DNA from: Trueperaceae bacterium
GTDB taxonomy: Bacteria; Deinococcota; Deinococci; Deinococcales; Trueperaceae
Length of the DNA stretch: 64,000 nt
Direction of reading: 5' to 3'
Assembly: GCA_965213705.1 (NCBI GenBank)
Contig: OZ243913.1
Location: forward strand, 864,001 to 928,000
Below are positions 38,905-48,501 of this stretch, in pieces. The position numbers were made by a program, and so were the translations under genes. The notes beneath the pieces were generated by a model, which did not search any database, was not told where the DNA came from, and was given only the letters and a program-made list of their open reading frames with translations. Every line of letters starts with the position of its first letter. Positions within the stretch are counted from its first letter, which is position 1.

Positions 38905-39337
38905 CCGGTGAGAGTGACTGGCGCAAGTGACCGATGAAAGTGACCGCAAAACCAAAAAGGCTTCTGATTTTTGTGCCCCTTTCACGCTTGCCGGGTCGGT
39001 GAGAAAGGTGTTGGCGGGGCCTCGAGACCTACCCCGCCGCAGCCCTAGGGCCGGTCCCGGTTCTAACCTCCTACCTACCAAGGTTCCTTCGACCCCCTCC
39101 AGCCCGCAGACATCGTTCCGCGCCGAGAGTTGCCAAACAGCCAGCAGCCCGACCTTCGAACAGCTCGGTACGGTTTTGGGTAAGTCTGCGGCCTGAACCT
39201 ACCAGCTTGTGAAATCGGGGAATCGACGGGACAGGGGGTTGAGCAGAACCCGCAACCCTCAGTCTCTTTTTGACTTTTGGCAGGCCTCGGTACAGGTCCT
39301 TGTATGGGTCGTCACCCTTTGACTTGTCTGGCAAGCG

Positions 39338-39367
39338 TTGACAAAACCGTACGCCTTCCGGTATCAT
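39338..39367 (+). promoter_or_regulatory. Sigma70-type promoter of the tRNA cluster
   Basis: TTGACA-N18-TATCAT, 33 nt before tRNA-Asp. Confidence 0.75.
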
Positions 39368-39400
39368 GCCGTTCGCTCCAGCAACGCTGTGAGCTTACGA

Positions 39401-39476
39401 GGCCCGGTAGTGTAGCGGTTAGCATATCTGCCTGTCACGCAGAAGGTCGCGAGTTCAAATCTCGTCCGGGTCGCCA
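39401..39476 (+). tRNA. tRNA-Asp(GTC)
   Basis: Cloverleaf; acceptor ggcccgg/ccgggtc; anticodon arm tctgc-ctGTCac-gcaga; CCA end. Confidence 0.96.
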
Positions 39477-39595
39477 AATTCCTAGCAGCAGCTGTAAGTG
39501 GTTTACAGCTGCTACCGCTAACCCGAAAACGCCGTTCGTGACGTGTCACGCGGGTTTCTGTTCAAAGGCCTTGTTTTTACGTCGCCTTTGACCTC

Positions 39596-39671
39596 GGCCA
39601 GATAGCTCAGCCGGTAGAGCACACGACTGAAAATCGTGGTGTCGGCGGTTCAAGCCCGCCTCTGGCCACCA
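39596..39671 (+). tRNA. tRNA-Phe(GAA)
   Basis: Acceptor ggccaga/tctggcc; cacga-ctGAAaa-tcgtg; CCA end. Confidence 0.96.
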
Positions 39672-39724
39672 AAGGATTCATTGGTATTATCAATGATACA
39701 TCATTGATAATACCAATGAACTTT

Positions 39725-39799
39725 GCCAACGTAGCTCAGCGGTAGAGCAGCCCACTCGTAATGGGCAGGTCGTCGGTTCAATTCCGACCGTTGGCTCCA
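39725..39799 (+). tRNA. tRNA-Thr(CGT)
   Basis: Acceptor gccaacg/cgttggc; gccca-ctCGTaa-tgggc; CCA end. Confidence 0.96.
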
Positions 39800-39940
39800 G
39801 AAAACGCTGTTAAGAACGGTAAACTTGGGCGCGGTAGGCTGACAGCCTACCGCGCTGTTATTGCGTGTCGGTTGTGCGCCGACCGAGTGGTCGGGTTTGT
39901 CGGCTCACCTGGGTAGAGGCCCGAGGCCGAACTATTTAGG

Positions 39941-41554
39941 TCAGGTGCGCTCGTCGTCACTTAGATAAGCGCGCGCTTCGGTGATGTCGGCAAGACGGGT
40001 CGCGTCGTCCCAACCCAAGGTTTCTGCAAGCAAACCGGCGACCCTGGGAACGGCCTCGAGCGCCGCGCAGACGTCTAGGAAACTGAGTCGCGTCCGGCGC
40101 GCGAGAATGTCGACCGTGGAGCGGGCGGCTTCTTGTTGCGCTCCGTAGACGACCTCCGCGTTTAAGTAAGCGTGACCCGGTACAATGCGGCCCCCGGCCC
40201 CGTTTTGGGCCAGCTTGGCGACGTCTTGAGCGCGGTCGCCGTAAGCGCGGTTGAGGTAGCTGGCAGCGTCCGGCTCCAAGCCGAACACCTCCTGAAGGTG
40301 ACCGGCACCGCTCGGGCTGTAGTCTTGCGCGCCCACGAGCTTGATGTGCTCGGTGCGGGAGGCGTCCGCGCCGCCCAAGCCCAGGCGTTGCGCCTCGTCG
40401 ACCGTGTCCAGGGCCATTTTGCGGTAGGTCGTCCACTTGCCGCCCGCGATGGTGAGCAGTTTGGAGGTGCTCACGTTGATAACGTGGTCACGTGAGAGCT
40501 TGGCGGTGTCGGCGGCGGCAGGGTCGGACACCAGCGGGCGCAAACCCGACCAGGCGGCTTTGACGTCGTCTCGAGAAACCGGCACCGAGAAATACTTGTG
40601 GACATGGCGCAAAATGTAGGCGATTTCGTCCTCGGTGGCGCGGGGGTTGCTGCGGATGTCGGCCGGGTTGTCGGTCGTGCCGACGAGCGTGTGACCGAGC
40701 CAGGGCAGCAAAAACAAAACCCGACCGTCCTCGGTCTCGGGAATGAGCAGGCCCGTTTCGGGAGGCGAAAAACGCGCGTCCAGCACGATGTGCGCGCCCG
40801 AGCTGGCCGACAGCATGGGGGCGGCCTGGGGGTCGTCCATACGCCGCACGGCGTCGGCGAAAGGCCCGGTGGCGTTGACGACGACCTTGGCCGCTATCTC
40901 CCAACTTTTACCACTGAGCGCGTCACGCACGCCCGCGCCGCGCACCATGCCCGAGTGTTTAACCAGGTGCGTCACCTCAACGTGGTTGGCGACCGCCGCG
41001 CCTTCCCTGACCGCGGTCAGGGCGATAGCGACGTTCATGCGCGCGTCATCAAATTGCCCGTCGTAGTAGATGACGCCGCCGCGCAAACCTTCTTTTTTGA
41101 GCATCGGGAAGCGGTGCAGCGCCTCGTGGGCGTCCACGAAGCGGCTCGGGTGGAGGTTCGCCTTGCCCGCCAGCCAGTCGTAGAGTTTCAGCCCCGTCAT
41201 GATGTAGGGCACGTCCAGCCAGTTGTAAATGGGCGTGACCAGGGGCAGCGGGCGCGCCAGGTGCGGGGCGATTTTGAGCAGCACCGCCCGCTCTTTGAGC
41301 GCGTCGCGGACCAGGTTGAACTGGCTGCGGTCAAAGTGCTTGACGGCCGCTTCTAGGTAACGCACCCCGCCGTGGATGAGCTTCGTCGAGCGGCTGCTCG
41401 TGCCCGAACTGAAGTCGAACCGTTCGACCAAGGCCGTTTTGAGCCCGCGCGAGGCGGCGTCCAAAGCGACGCCGGCCCCGGTCGCGCCGCCGCCGATGAC
41501 GAGCAGGTCGAACGCCTGACTCTGTAAAGCTGCTACTTGTTCTTCGCGGTTCAT
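39941..41554 (-). CDS. glpD: Glycerol-3-phosphate dehydrogenase/oxidase
   Basis: GGGATG, GTSSRSTKLIHGGVRYL, DGQFDDAR, GLRPL, GGKWTTYR. Confidence 0.95.
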   Translation of the reverse strand: MNREEQVAALQSQAFDLLVIGGGATGAGVALDAASRGLKTALVERFDFSSGTSSRSTKLIHGGVRYLEAAVKHFDRSQFNLVRDALKERAVLLKIAPHLARPLPLVTPIYNWLDVPYIMTGLKLYDWLAGKANLHPSRFVDAHEALHRFPMLKKEGLRGGVIYYDGQFDDARMNVAIALTAVREGAAVANHVEVTHLVKHSGMVRGAGVRDALSGKSWEIAAKVVVNATGPFADAVRRMDDPQAAPMLSASSGAHIVLDARFSPPETGLLIPETEDGRVLFLLPWLGHTLVGTTDNPADIRSNPRATEDEIAYILRHVHKYFSVPVSRDDVKAAWSGLRPLVSDPAAADTAKLSRDHVINVSTSKLLTIAGGKWTTYRKMALDTVDEAQRLGLGGADASRTEHIKLVGAQDYSPSGAGHLQEVFGLEPDAASYLNRAYGDRAQDVAKLAQNGAGGRIVPGHAYLNAEVVYGAQQEAARSTVDILARRTRLSFLDVCAALEAVPRVAGLLAETLGWDDATRLADITEARAYLSDDERT

Positions 41555-41555
41555 C

Positions 41556-41684
41556 TTACACCCTTTCCGTTTAATTCCCTCGGACTTAAATGCGAGCAGA
41601 GCGAGAAGAAACTGTTGCGGATTTCAATAAGAAAGCGAACAATCCTTCCAAGGTTTACAAGCTGTAGTATCGGAATCCGTATGA
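41556..41684. mobile_element. SNR-like repeat / putative IS630-type MITE, copy 3
   Basis: acaccctttccg...gcgagaagaaactgttgcggatt...cggaatccgtatga; abuts the glpD start. Confidence 0.8.
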
Positions 41685-41875
41685 CCCTCTCTGTGCTGCG
41701 TCGCTAGTTGCTCTTTGCTAACCCTGTTTGTGCTGAATCCCGAAAGTGCCGACGCCGCGCAGCTTTTCCCCGGTTCCCTCTCAGGATACAGCGGTCGCGG
41801 CCGTCACCCGGCTCCAGAATCTAGTCCTCGAACCCCGTCCTGACAACCCGGCCCTGATGACTCAGCCCTAACAAC

Positions 41876-43363
41876 CTAGTCCTCGGCCCAATTTTTGGCC
41901 CGACCCAGGGCTTCGTTCCAGCGGTCGCGCAAGAGGGCTCGAGCCCCCTCACCCAGACCCGGCTCGAAGCGTTTCCCCTCACGCCACTGCTCGGAAACCT
42001 CCGCTTGACCGTCCCAAAAACCGACCGCCAGCCCCGCCAGGTAAGCCGCGCCGAGGGCGGTGGTTTCGGTAATTTTGGGCCGCACCACGCTCACGCCGAG
42101 CAGGTCGGCCTGGAACTGCAGCAACAGGTCGTTGTTCGCAGCGCCGCCGTCCACCCGGAGTTCGTCCAAGGATACGTCGCTGTCCGTTTCAATCGCGTCG
42201 ACGATGTCGGCGACCTGGTAAGCGACGCTCTCCACGGCGGCCCGCGCCAGGTGCGCGGCCGTGCTGCCCCGCGTCAGGCCCAGCACCGCGCCGCGCGCGT
42301 ACGGGTCCCAGTGGGGCGCACCCAACCCGGCAAAAGCGGGCACAAGGTAAACGCCGCCGTTGTCCGGCACGCTTCTCGCCAAGGCCTCGACTTCCCCGGA
42401 CGTTTTAATGATCCCCAAGCCGTCGCGCAGCCACTGCACCACCGCGCCCGCGACAAAGACGCTGCCCTCGAGCGCGTAGGTCAGCCCGGCGGGCGTCTGC
42501 CAAGCGACCGTGCTGAGGAGCTTGTGCTGCGAGGCCACGGCCTCGGTTCCGGTGTTCATGACCATAAACGCGCCCGTGCCGTAGGTGTTTTTGCCCTGTC
42601 CCACGGCGAAACAGGCTTGTCCGAAGGTCGCCGCCTGCTGGTCGCCCGCGACGCCCGCAATCGGCACGTTCACGCCGGGCAGACGGGTCTCACCGACAAC
42701 CTCGGACGAGGACTTGACCTCGGGCAGCAGCGCGGCGGGGATGTTCAGGACGCCCAGCAGTTCCTCGTCCCAGGCCAGGGTGTGGATGTTGTACAGCAGC
42801 GTGCGGCTGGCGTTCGTCACGTCGGTGACGTGAACTTTTCCCCCGGTGAGGTTGTAAACGAGCCAGCTGTCCACCGTGCCGAAAGCCAGTTCACCGGCCT
42901 CGGCGCGCTCCCTGGCACCGGGCACGTGCTCCAACAGCCAGTGCAGTTTGCTCCCCGAAAAGTAGGGGTCGAGGACCAGGCCGGTTTTGGCTTGAAAGGT
43001 GGGCTCGAGCCCGTCCGCCTTGAGCGTGTCTATAAAGCTCGCGGTGCGCCGGTCCTGCCAGACGATGGCGTTGTGCACGGCCTCGCCCGTGGACCGGTCC
43101 CAGAGCAGCGTCGTCTCGCGCTGGTTGGCAATTCCCAGGGCCGCGACGCTGCCCCACGGCACACCGGCTGCGGCGACGACCTCTTGCATGACCGCGCGTT
43201 GGCTGGCCCACAGTTCTTCGGGGTCGTGCTCGACCCAGCCGGGTTTGGGGTAGTGCTGGGCAAACTCTTGTTGGGCGACGCCGCGCACCGCGCCCGCGTG
43301 GTCGAACAGCAGTGCCCGCGAACTCGTGGTGCCCTGGTCGAGCGCCAATATAAACTTGTCCAC
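41876..43363 (-). CDS. glpK: Glycerol kinase
   Basis: [38 protein letters not shown]. Confidence 0.96.
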   Translation of the reverse strand: MDKFILALDQGTTSSRALLFDHAGAVRGVAQQEFAQHYPKPGWVEHDPEELWASQRAVMQEVVAAAGVPWGSVAALGIANQRETTLLWDRSTGEAVHNAIVWQDRRTASFIDTLKADGLEPTFQAKTGLVLDPYFSGSKLHWLLEHVPGARERAEAGELAFGTVDSWLVYNLTGGKVHVTDVTNASRTLLYNIHTLAWDEELLGVLNIPAALLPEVKSSSEVVGETRLPGVNVPIAGVAGDQQAATFGQACFAVGQGKNTYGTGAFMVMNTGTEAVASQHKLLSTVAWQTPAGLTYALEGSVFVAGAVVQWLRDGLGIIKTSGEVEALARSVPDNGGVYLVPAFAGLGAPHWDPYARGAVLGLTRGSTAAHLARAAVESVAYQVADIVDAIETDSDVSLDELRVDGGAANNDLLLQFQADLLGVSVVRPKITETTALGAAYLAGLAVGFWDGQAEVSEQWREGKRFEPGLGEGARALLRDRWNEALGRAKNWAED

Positions 43364-43379
43364 CTTTCCTCCTGACGGG

Positions 43380-43826
43380 TTAAAAAGCAAAAGCCTCGGT
43401 AAGCCGGACGGCGGCGTAACTCCGCTCGCCTTGCAGGGTGCGCGTGCGGCGCACGTCTTCTTTAGACATGGTGCGGCTGTGGTTGCTGAGGTGACTTTCG
43501 AAACGGCGCACGCCGAACGTCTTCGCTAGGCTCTCGGTCAGCTCGCCCAGCGCCAAGCCGTGCCGGGAAAACACGCTCAAGGTGAGAATTCGGTCCTCGT
43601 TGAAAGTGTGCAGCGACAGGTGCGATTCGGGCAACAGCAAGGCGGCCGACAGCCCGGTCGGCAACACCTCGACCGTGTGAACTTCGGGCGCGGCGCGCTT
43701 GCCCGGTTCCAAGCGGGCGGCCTGCTCGAGCAAAAAAGTTTCTAAAACAGCCGTGTCGAGCAGCGCCGCCGCTTCGGCCGCAAAGCCGTCAATAATCAGG
43801 TGTGTGCCGTAGCCGAGGCTTTCCAT
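43380..43826 (-). CDS. speD: S-adenosylmethionine decarboxylase proenzyme family
   Basis: [18 protein letters not shown] autocleavage motif. Confidence 0.8.
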   Translation of the reverse strand: MESLGYGTHLIIDGFAAEAAALLDTAVLETFLLEQAARLEPGKRAAPEVHTVEVLPTGLSAALLLPESHLSLHTFNEDRILTLSVFSRHGLALGELTESLAKTFGVRRFESHLSNHSRTMSKEDVRRTRTLQGERSYAAVRLTEAFAF

Positions 43827-43850
43827 AAGCCTCGAGCCTACCACGGCAGA

Positions 43851-43921
43851 AAGTATCGAGTACCGAGTGAAAAGTACCGAGTGAGAGCTACTTTCCCCTC
43901 GATACTTCGGTACTCGGTACT
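43851..43921. repeat. Heptamer (GTACCGA-type) array, forward and reverse arms
   Basis: gtatcgagtaccgagtgaaaagtaccgagt...ctcgatacttcggtactcggtac. Confidence 0.8.
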
Positions 43922-45253
43922 CTAGCCCTTCACCCCGCCCGCCGTGTACTGGCCCGTCAGCGCGCCCTGGAAAGCGTAAAAGATGAACAAAATCGGCAAA
44001 CTGCCTAACACCGCGCTCGCGGCCAACGCCCCCCACTGCGTGGCGAACTGCCCGCTCGTGAAACTTCGCAAACCGATACCGACCGTCCACATGTCGTCGC
44101 CGGTGAGCAGGATGTTGGCGAGGATAAACTCGCTATAGGTGCCGATAAACTGTAGCAAAAAGATGAACAGCAGCATCGGCACGCTGATGGGCAAAATCAC
44201 CCGCCAGAACGCGCCCCAGCGGGTCGCCCCGTCGACCATCGCGGCTTCTTCCAAGCTCGGACTGATGGACTCCAGGTAGCCCTTGAAAATCCAGGCCGCG
44301 AACGAAATCGCCCCGCCCGAATAAGCCAAAATCAGGCCCGTAAAGGTGTTGAGCAGCCCAAGGTAGTTCATGAGGTAAAAAATCGCCACCAGCGCCATAA
44401 AACCCGGAAACATCTGCACGAAGATAAACGTCAGCAGGGTGCCGTAGCGCCCGTCGAACTTCATGCGCGCAAACGCGTAGCCCGCCGTCGTGCTGATGAG
44501 GACGGCAAAAATACCCGTGATGCCCGAGACCAACAGGGTGTTGCGGATAAACAAAATCACCTTGCGGTCGCTTGCCGAGGCGACGCGCTCGCCGGCCTCG
44601 GTGAGCCGGTAAAACTGGTCCGGCCCGACGCTCACTATCAGCGCGGCGGCCGCCGCGAACAGCGTCCAGCCGAAAATAGCGCGCAGGCGTTCAAAGCGGT
44701 ACGGGTTTTCCCCGTAGCGGCCCAGCAAGCTCACCACCGCCACGCCGAGCACCGCCAAGACGAGCACCCCCACAAACAGCCACTGGAGCGTGTTGAGGTG
44801 CGTCTCTCCCGTCACTTTGGCGTACTGGACGAGCGAAAAGTTGGTGGGGTCGGGCAACAGCCCGGCGCGCACCAGCAAGTTGCCTTCGGCGGGCGGCGGG
44901 CTGTTTAAGTTGTTCGAGCGGTTGAGCGACACCGCGACTAAGTTGATGACCGGGTAGAGCGTCAGCAAAATGACTACCCAGATAAACAGGTGCGTCGCCG
45001 CGGCGAGCGCGTACTGCCCCGCCTTGGCGGGCCGGGTCGCGCGGCCGTACAAGTAGACCGCCAACGCCAAGCCCCCGGCGACGAGGACGAAGCCAATCAA
45101 AAACTTCAGCCAGCCGTAGGGCACCACCAAAAACAGCCCGCGCCGCTCTTGGGCAAAAGCCAGCGAAGCGAAACTCAGCAGCAAAACCGACACCGAAGTG
45201 CCGACCAAACCGGCTCCTCGCCCCTTACTTCTCGTTCCTCGCTTCTCGCTCAT
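43922..45253 (-). CDS. malG: Maltose/maltodextrin ABC permease MalG
   Basis: AGYAFARMKF, QMFP, LEEAAMVDGA, SEFILA. Confidence 0.88.
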   Translation of the reverse strand: MSEKRGTRSKGRGAGLVGTSVSVLLLSFASLAFAQERRGLFLVVPYGWLKFLIGFVLVAGGLALAVYLYGRATRPAKAGQYALAAATHLFIWVVILLTLYPVINLVAVSLNRSNNLNSPPPAEGNLLVRAGLLPDPTNFSLVQYAKVTGETHLNTLQWLFVGVLVLAVLGVAVVSLLGRYGENPYRFERLRAIFGWTLFAAAAALIVSVGPDQFYRLTEAGERVASASDRKVILFIRNTLLVSGITGIFAVLISTTAGYAFARMKFDGRYGTLLTFIFVQMFPGFMALVAIFYLMNYLGLLNTFTGLILAYSGGAISFAAWIFKGYLESISPSLEEAAMVDGATRWGAFWRVILPISVPMLLFIFLLQFIGTYSEFILANILLTGDDMWTVGIGLRSFTSGQFATQWGALAASAVLGSLPILFIFYAFQGALTGQYTAGGVKG

Positions 45254-46866
45254 CGTCCCGGCTCCTCTTTGAGCGCGCCGGTCACTCGGAAGTTGATAAG
45301 CGAGACGGCGATGGTAATAAAAAATATCAGGATGGCGATGGCCGAGCCCAAACCGTAGGCGTAGCCGCCCTGCGACCGGAACGCCTCGTTGTAAGCCCAG
45401 CTGATGAGGATGTCGGTCGAGCGGGCGGTGGCGGGCCGTCCCGCCGCCGCCGGGCCGCCGTCGGTGAGGAGGTAGATGAGGTTGAAGTTGTTGAAGTTGA
45501 AAGCGAAGCCGGTCAGGGTAATCGGCACGAGCGCGGTCAAGAGCAGCGGCGCGGTAACGCCCCAGAACGACCGCCAGGCGTTGGCCCCATCAATTTTGGC
45601 CGCTTCGTAGAGTTCGCCGGGAATGGCTGAGAGTGCGCCCAGGGTCGCCGTCATCATAAACGGCAAGCCCAACCACAAGTTGACCAGCAAAATCGCGCCC
45701 TTGGCGGCCGTGGGGTTGCCGAGCCAGTCGTAGGTCGGCAGGTCGAGGAGCGCCAAGAGGCGGTTGATGGCCCCGAAGTTGGTGTTTAGGAAGCCTTTCC
45801 ATACCTGGATGGTGATGACGCTCGGCAGCGCCCAGGGGACAATCAGCAGGGTGCGGTAGATGCCGCGGAAGCGCAAACTCGGGTTGTTTAAGAGCACCGC
45901 CATAAACACGCCCGCCACGCTGTTGATGACAATGGTGAGCACCGCGAAGATGATGTTCCATATGAACACAGGGACGAGCGCGGTGTTCGCTTGGGCGAAA
46001 ATACGCCGAAAGTTTTGGAAACCGACCGCGCCGAAGTCGTTGTAGCGGGCTATTGTTTCGTACTCGAGCCCCTCGGGCAACGCCTCGTTCAGGGTGACCG
46101 CGTCGCCCTCGAGACTCACCATCGTGCGCTCTATCGGCACCCGGTTGAGCGTCAGGCGCAGGTTGCTCAGGTCGACGTCGGCCGGGGCGGCGTTGGCGAG
46201 GATGGGCGGCACGTTTTGCAGGGTCAACGTGTCGCCCTCGGCGGCCGCGACGCTGACCTGGACCGGAAAACCCTGCGCGGCGATTTCGACCGCCGTCACG
46301 TCGCGGCCTTCGGGCAGGGGTTCGTTCAAGGTGAGGGTGTCGCCGTCTAAACTCGCCCCTACCGCGGTGAGGGTGCCCGAGGCGTAAACCACCGCCCGGA
46401 CGCCGTCGCAGCCGTTGCGCAGCACCCGGCAGTTGAGGGTGGCGGCGTTTTGCAGCGTCAGCGTGGCACCGTCGACCGCCGTCAGGGCGGTCGTGCTGCT
46501 GACGTTGAGTTCGCCGTTGCGCGTTCCCGCGTAGTCGCTGAAGGCGAGGACGACGGTCAAGACGACCGGGAAAATAGTAAAGGTAATCAAAAATAGCAGC
46601 GCGGGCAGCAAATAGTACCAGGGCATAATCCACTCGAACCGTCGGGCGATAACTTGCAGCACCACGACGAGCGCGACCGCGGCGATGACCACCGCGTAAA
46701 AGGGGGGTGCGTCCGGTAAGGCCAGCCGCAACCCCAAAAAGCCGGCGACACCCACCCCGCTCGCAACGAGGACGGCCAGGAACAGCAAGCCGAGCGAGGC
46801 GAGTAAACCGCCCCGTCCGCCCCGCTTTCTCGGCATGAAGTCACTTACCGGTTGCGACAGGTCCAC
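45250..46866 (-). CDS. malF: Maltose/maltodextrin ABC permease MalF with large extracytoplasmic insert
   Basis: LIVPWALP, VNLWLGLP, YEAAKIDGA, FAFNFNNF, TDILIS. Confidence 0.88.
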   Translation of the reverse strand: MDLSQPVSDFMPRKRGGRGGLLASLGLLFLAVLVASGVGVAGFLGLRLALPDAPPFYAVVIAAVALVVVLQVIARRFEWIMPWYYLLPALLFLITFTIFPVVLTVVLAFSDYAGTRNGELNVSSTTALTAVDGATLTLQNAATLNCRVLRNGCDGVRAVVYASGTLTAVGASLDGDTLTLNEPLPEGRDVTAVEIAAQGFPVQVSVAAAEGDTLTLQNVPPILANAAPADVDLSNLRLTLNRVPIERTMVSLEGDAVTLNEALPEGLEYETIARYNDFGAVGFQNFRRIFAQANTALVPVFIWNIIFAVLTIVINSVAGVFMAVLLNNPSLRFRGIYRTLLIVPWALPSVITIQVWKGFLNTNFGAINRLLALLDLPTYDWLGNPTAAKGAILLVNLWLGLPFMMTATLGALSAIPGELYEAAKIDGANAWRSFWGVTAPLLLTALVPITLTGFAFNFNNFNLIYLLTDGGPAAAGRPATARSTDILISWAYNEAFRSQGGYAYGLGSAIAILIFFITIAVSLINFRVTGALKEEPGR

Positions 46867-46919
46867 ATCCCACCTCTTTCCATGATTTTGCCCTGGGTTG
46901 TTTCGGCCCCTAAACCGTC

Positions 46920-46946
46920 GAGCCAAGGATAAAGTCCTTGGCTCGA
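46920..46946. terminator. Intercistronic hairpin between malE and malF
   Basis: cgagccaagga taaag tccttggctcg. Confidence 0.6.
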
Positions 46947-46965
46947 GCTGTTCAGCTTGTTAAAG

Positions 46966-48156
46966 CTAGTTGCCTTCGATTTGGTTGACGGCGTTGTCGA
47001 GAATCTGCTGCACGTCCGAGTCTTGGCTTTCTAAAGCCAGGGTGAGCGCGTCACCCATCGGGCCCCAGACGTTGCCCATCGCCGGGATGTTGGGCATCGG
47101 CACGGCGTCGGTCAAGGCCTCGGCAAAACCGGCCAAGACCGGGTCGTCGGAAACCTGCTCGGCGGCGCTCTGCGAAGAAGGAATGCGCCCGCTGAGTTGG
47201 GCCAAGCTGACCTGCGCGTCGCCGCGCGTTATCCACTTGGCAAAGTTGGCGGCGGTCGTCTTGTTGGTGGAGAACTCGTTCATGAGTACGCCCTGCACGC
47301 CCATAAAGCCGCCGAACTCGACGCCTGATTCGGTCGGCGGAACCGGCAGAACTTCCAGAGGAATACCCGCGGCGCGGCTGTTGGCAATCGACCAAGGGCC
47401 GTTGTAAATCATGCCGAGCGAGCCGGTGTTGAACAAGCCCTCGGCCACGGCCGTGTCGGTGCCCGACGGGATAAGGCCGTAGTCGTACTGGAACTTTTTG
47501 ACTTCTTGAACGCCCTGCACCGCGCCTTCGCTGTTCAGGCCGACGTCGTCCGGGTTGAGGTCGCCCCCGTCCCCACGCCCGAACACGTAGCCGCCGAACG
47601 AGTTTATCCAGTTGTACGAAAAGTAAAAGTTTTTGTCGTCGTACAAAAATCCAAAGGTGTCGTCGGTGGTCAAGTCTTGCGCCTTTTGAATCATCTCTTC
47701 GTAGGTCGCGGGCGCTTCGGGGACGAGGTCGGTGTTGATGATGAGGGCGGGACCCTCGACGTACAGGGGCAGGCCGAAGAGCTTGCCGTTGAAGGTAAAC
47801 GCCAGCCGCGCCTGTTCGGAGAGGTCGGTGAGGTAGTCTTGGGTCGCGTACTGGCTCATGTCGGCGAGCACGCCGCCCTGGGCCATTTCACCCAGTTGGT
47901 CGTGAGGAATAGTAACGACGAGGTCGGCCGCCTCGCCCTCGGGCGCGGACAGCAGCATTTTTTGCTTGATTTCACCGAGGTCGATGCGGGTCAGGGCGAC
48001 CGGCACGCCAAAAGCGGCCTCGAAGCTGTCGGCCTGACTCTGCAGCCATTCTAAGTCGGTATCGCCGTAGTGCGTCCAGACGGTCAAGCCTTGTTGGGCA
48101 AAGGCCGCACCGAACAGGGCGAACACAGCGGTAAGGGTTAGCAAAACTTTTTTCAA
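46966..48156 (-). CDS. malE: Maltose/maltodextrin ABC substrate-binding protein
   Basis: Signal peptide; PHDQLG; NGPWS; MPNIPAMGNVW. Confidence 0.88.
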   Translation of the reverse strand: MKKVLLTLTAVFALFGAAFAQQGLTVWTHYGDTDLEWLQSQADSFEAAFGVPVALTRIDLGEIKQKMLLSAPEGEAADLVVTIPHDQLGEMAQGGVLADMSQYATQDYLTDLSEQARLAFTFNGKLFGLPLYVEGPALIINTDLVPEAPATYEEMIQKAQDLTTDDTFGFLYDDKNFYFSYNWINSFGGYVFGRGDGGDLNPDDVGLNSEGAVQGVQEVKKFQYDYGLIPSGTDTAVAEGLFNTGSLGMIYNGPWSIANSRAAGIPLEVLPVPPTESGVEFGGFMGVQGVLMNEFSTNKTTAANFAKWITRGDAQVSLAQLSGRIPSSQSAAEQVSDDPVLAGFAEALTDAVPMPNIPAMGNVWGPMGDALTLALESQDSDVQQILDNAVNQIEGN

Positions 48157-48415
48157 AACTGCTCCTTTCGAATAGGCAATTCAGACCGGAGGGTGTGACG
48201 CGCACGCTTTGCGACCACGGTTCAACGTGACGCGGTCACGCGGCGCACAGTTCAGCCTCTGGCACGATTTGCTGCCGTAAGTTTACCCCGCAGCGACAAG
48301 ACTGTCTAGCGGTCAGGGTTTCAATCGGCCCTGCGCGTGGACGGCCCGAGAACCTCCGCCGAACACGGTTCGAAAGCGACCCGTGGAGGCTGAAAATTGA
48401 GTTCGGGCCCTTTTT

Positions 48416-48478
48416 GACTCAGTCTTTTTGACCCGCGTCTTTCTGACTCGGTACTTTCCACTCGGTCCTCGGTACTTT
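48416..48478. repeat. Heptamer (GTACCGA-type) array, reverse orientation
   Basis: Reverse complement contains gtaccgaggaccgagtggaaagtaccgagt. Confidence 0.8.
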
Positions 48479-48501
48479 TTGGTCTTAGAGGCGTGTTGGT
48501 C

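Noticed and set aside
39071..39591. ORFs overlapping the tRNA promoter and tRNA-Asp
   Set aside because: No motifs, and they conflict with clear tRNA features.
42005..43375. 456-aa plus-strand ORF and similar long antisense ORFs
   Set aside because: Antisense shadows of glpK and other genes, expected with GC-rich codon usage.
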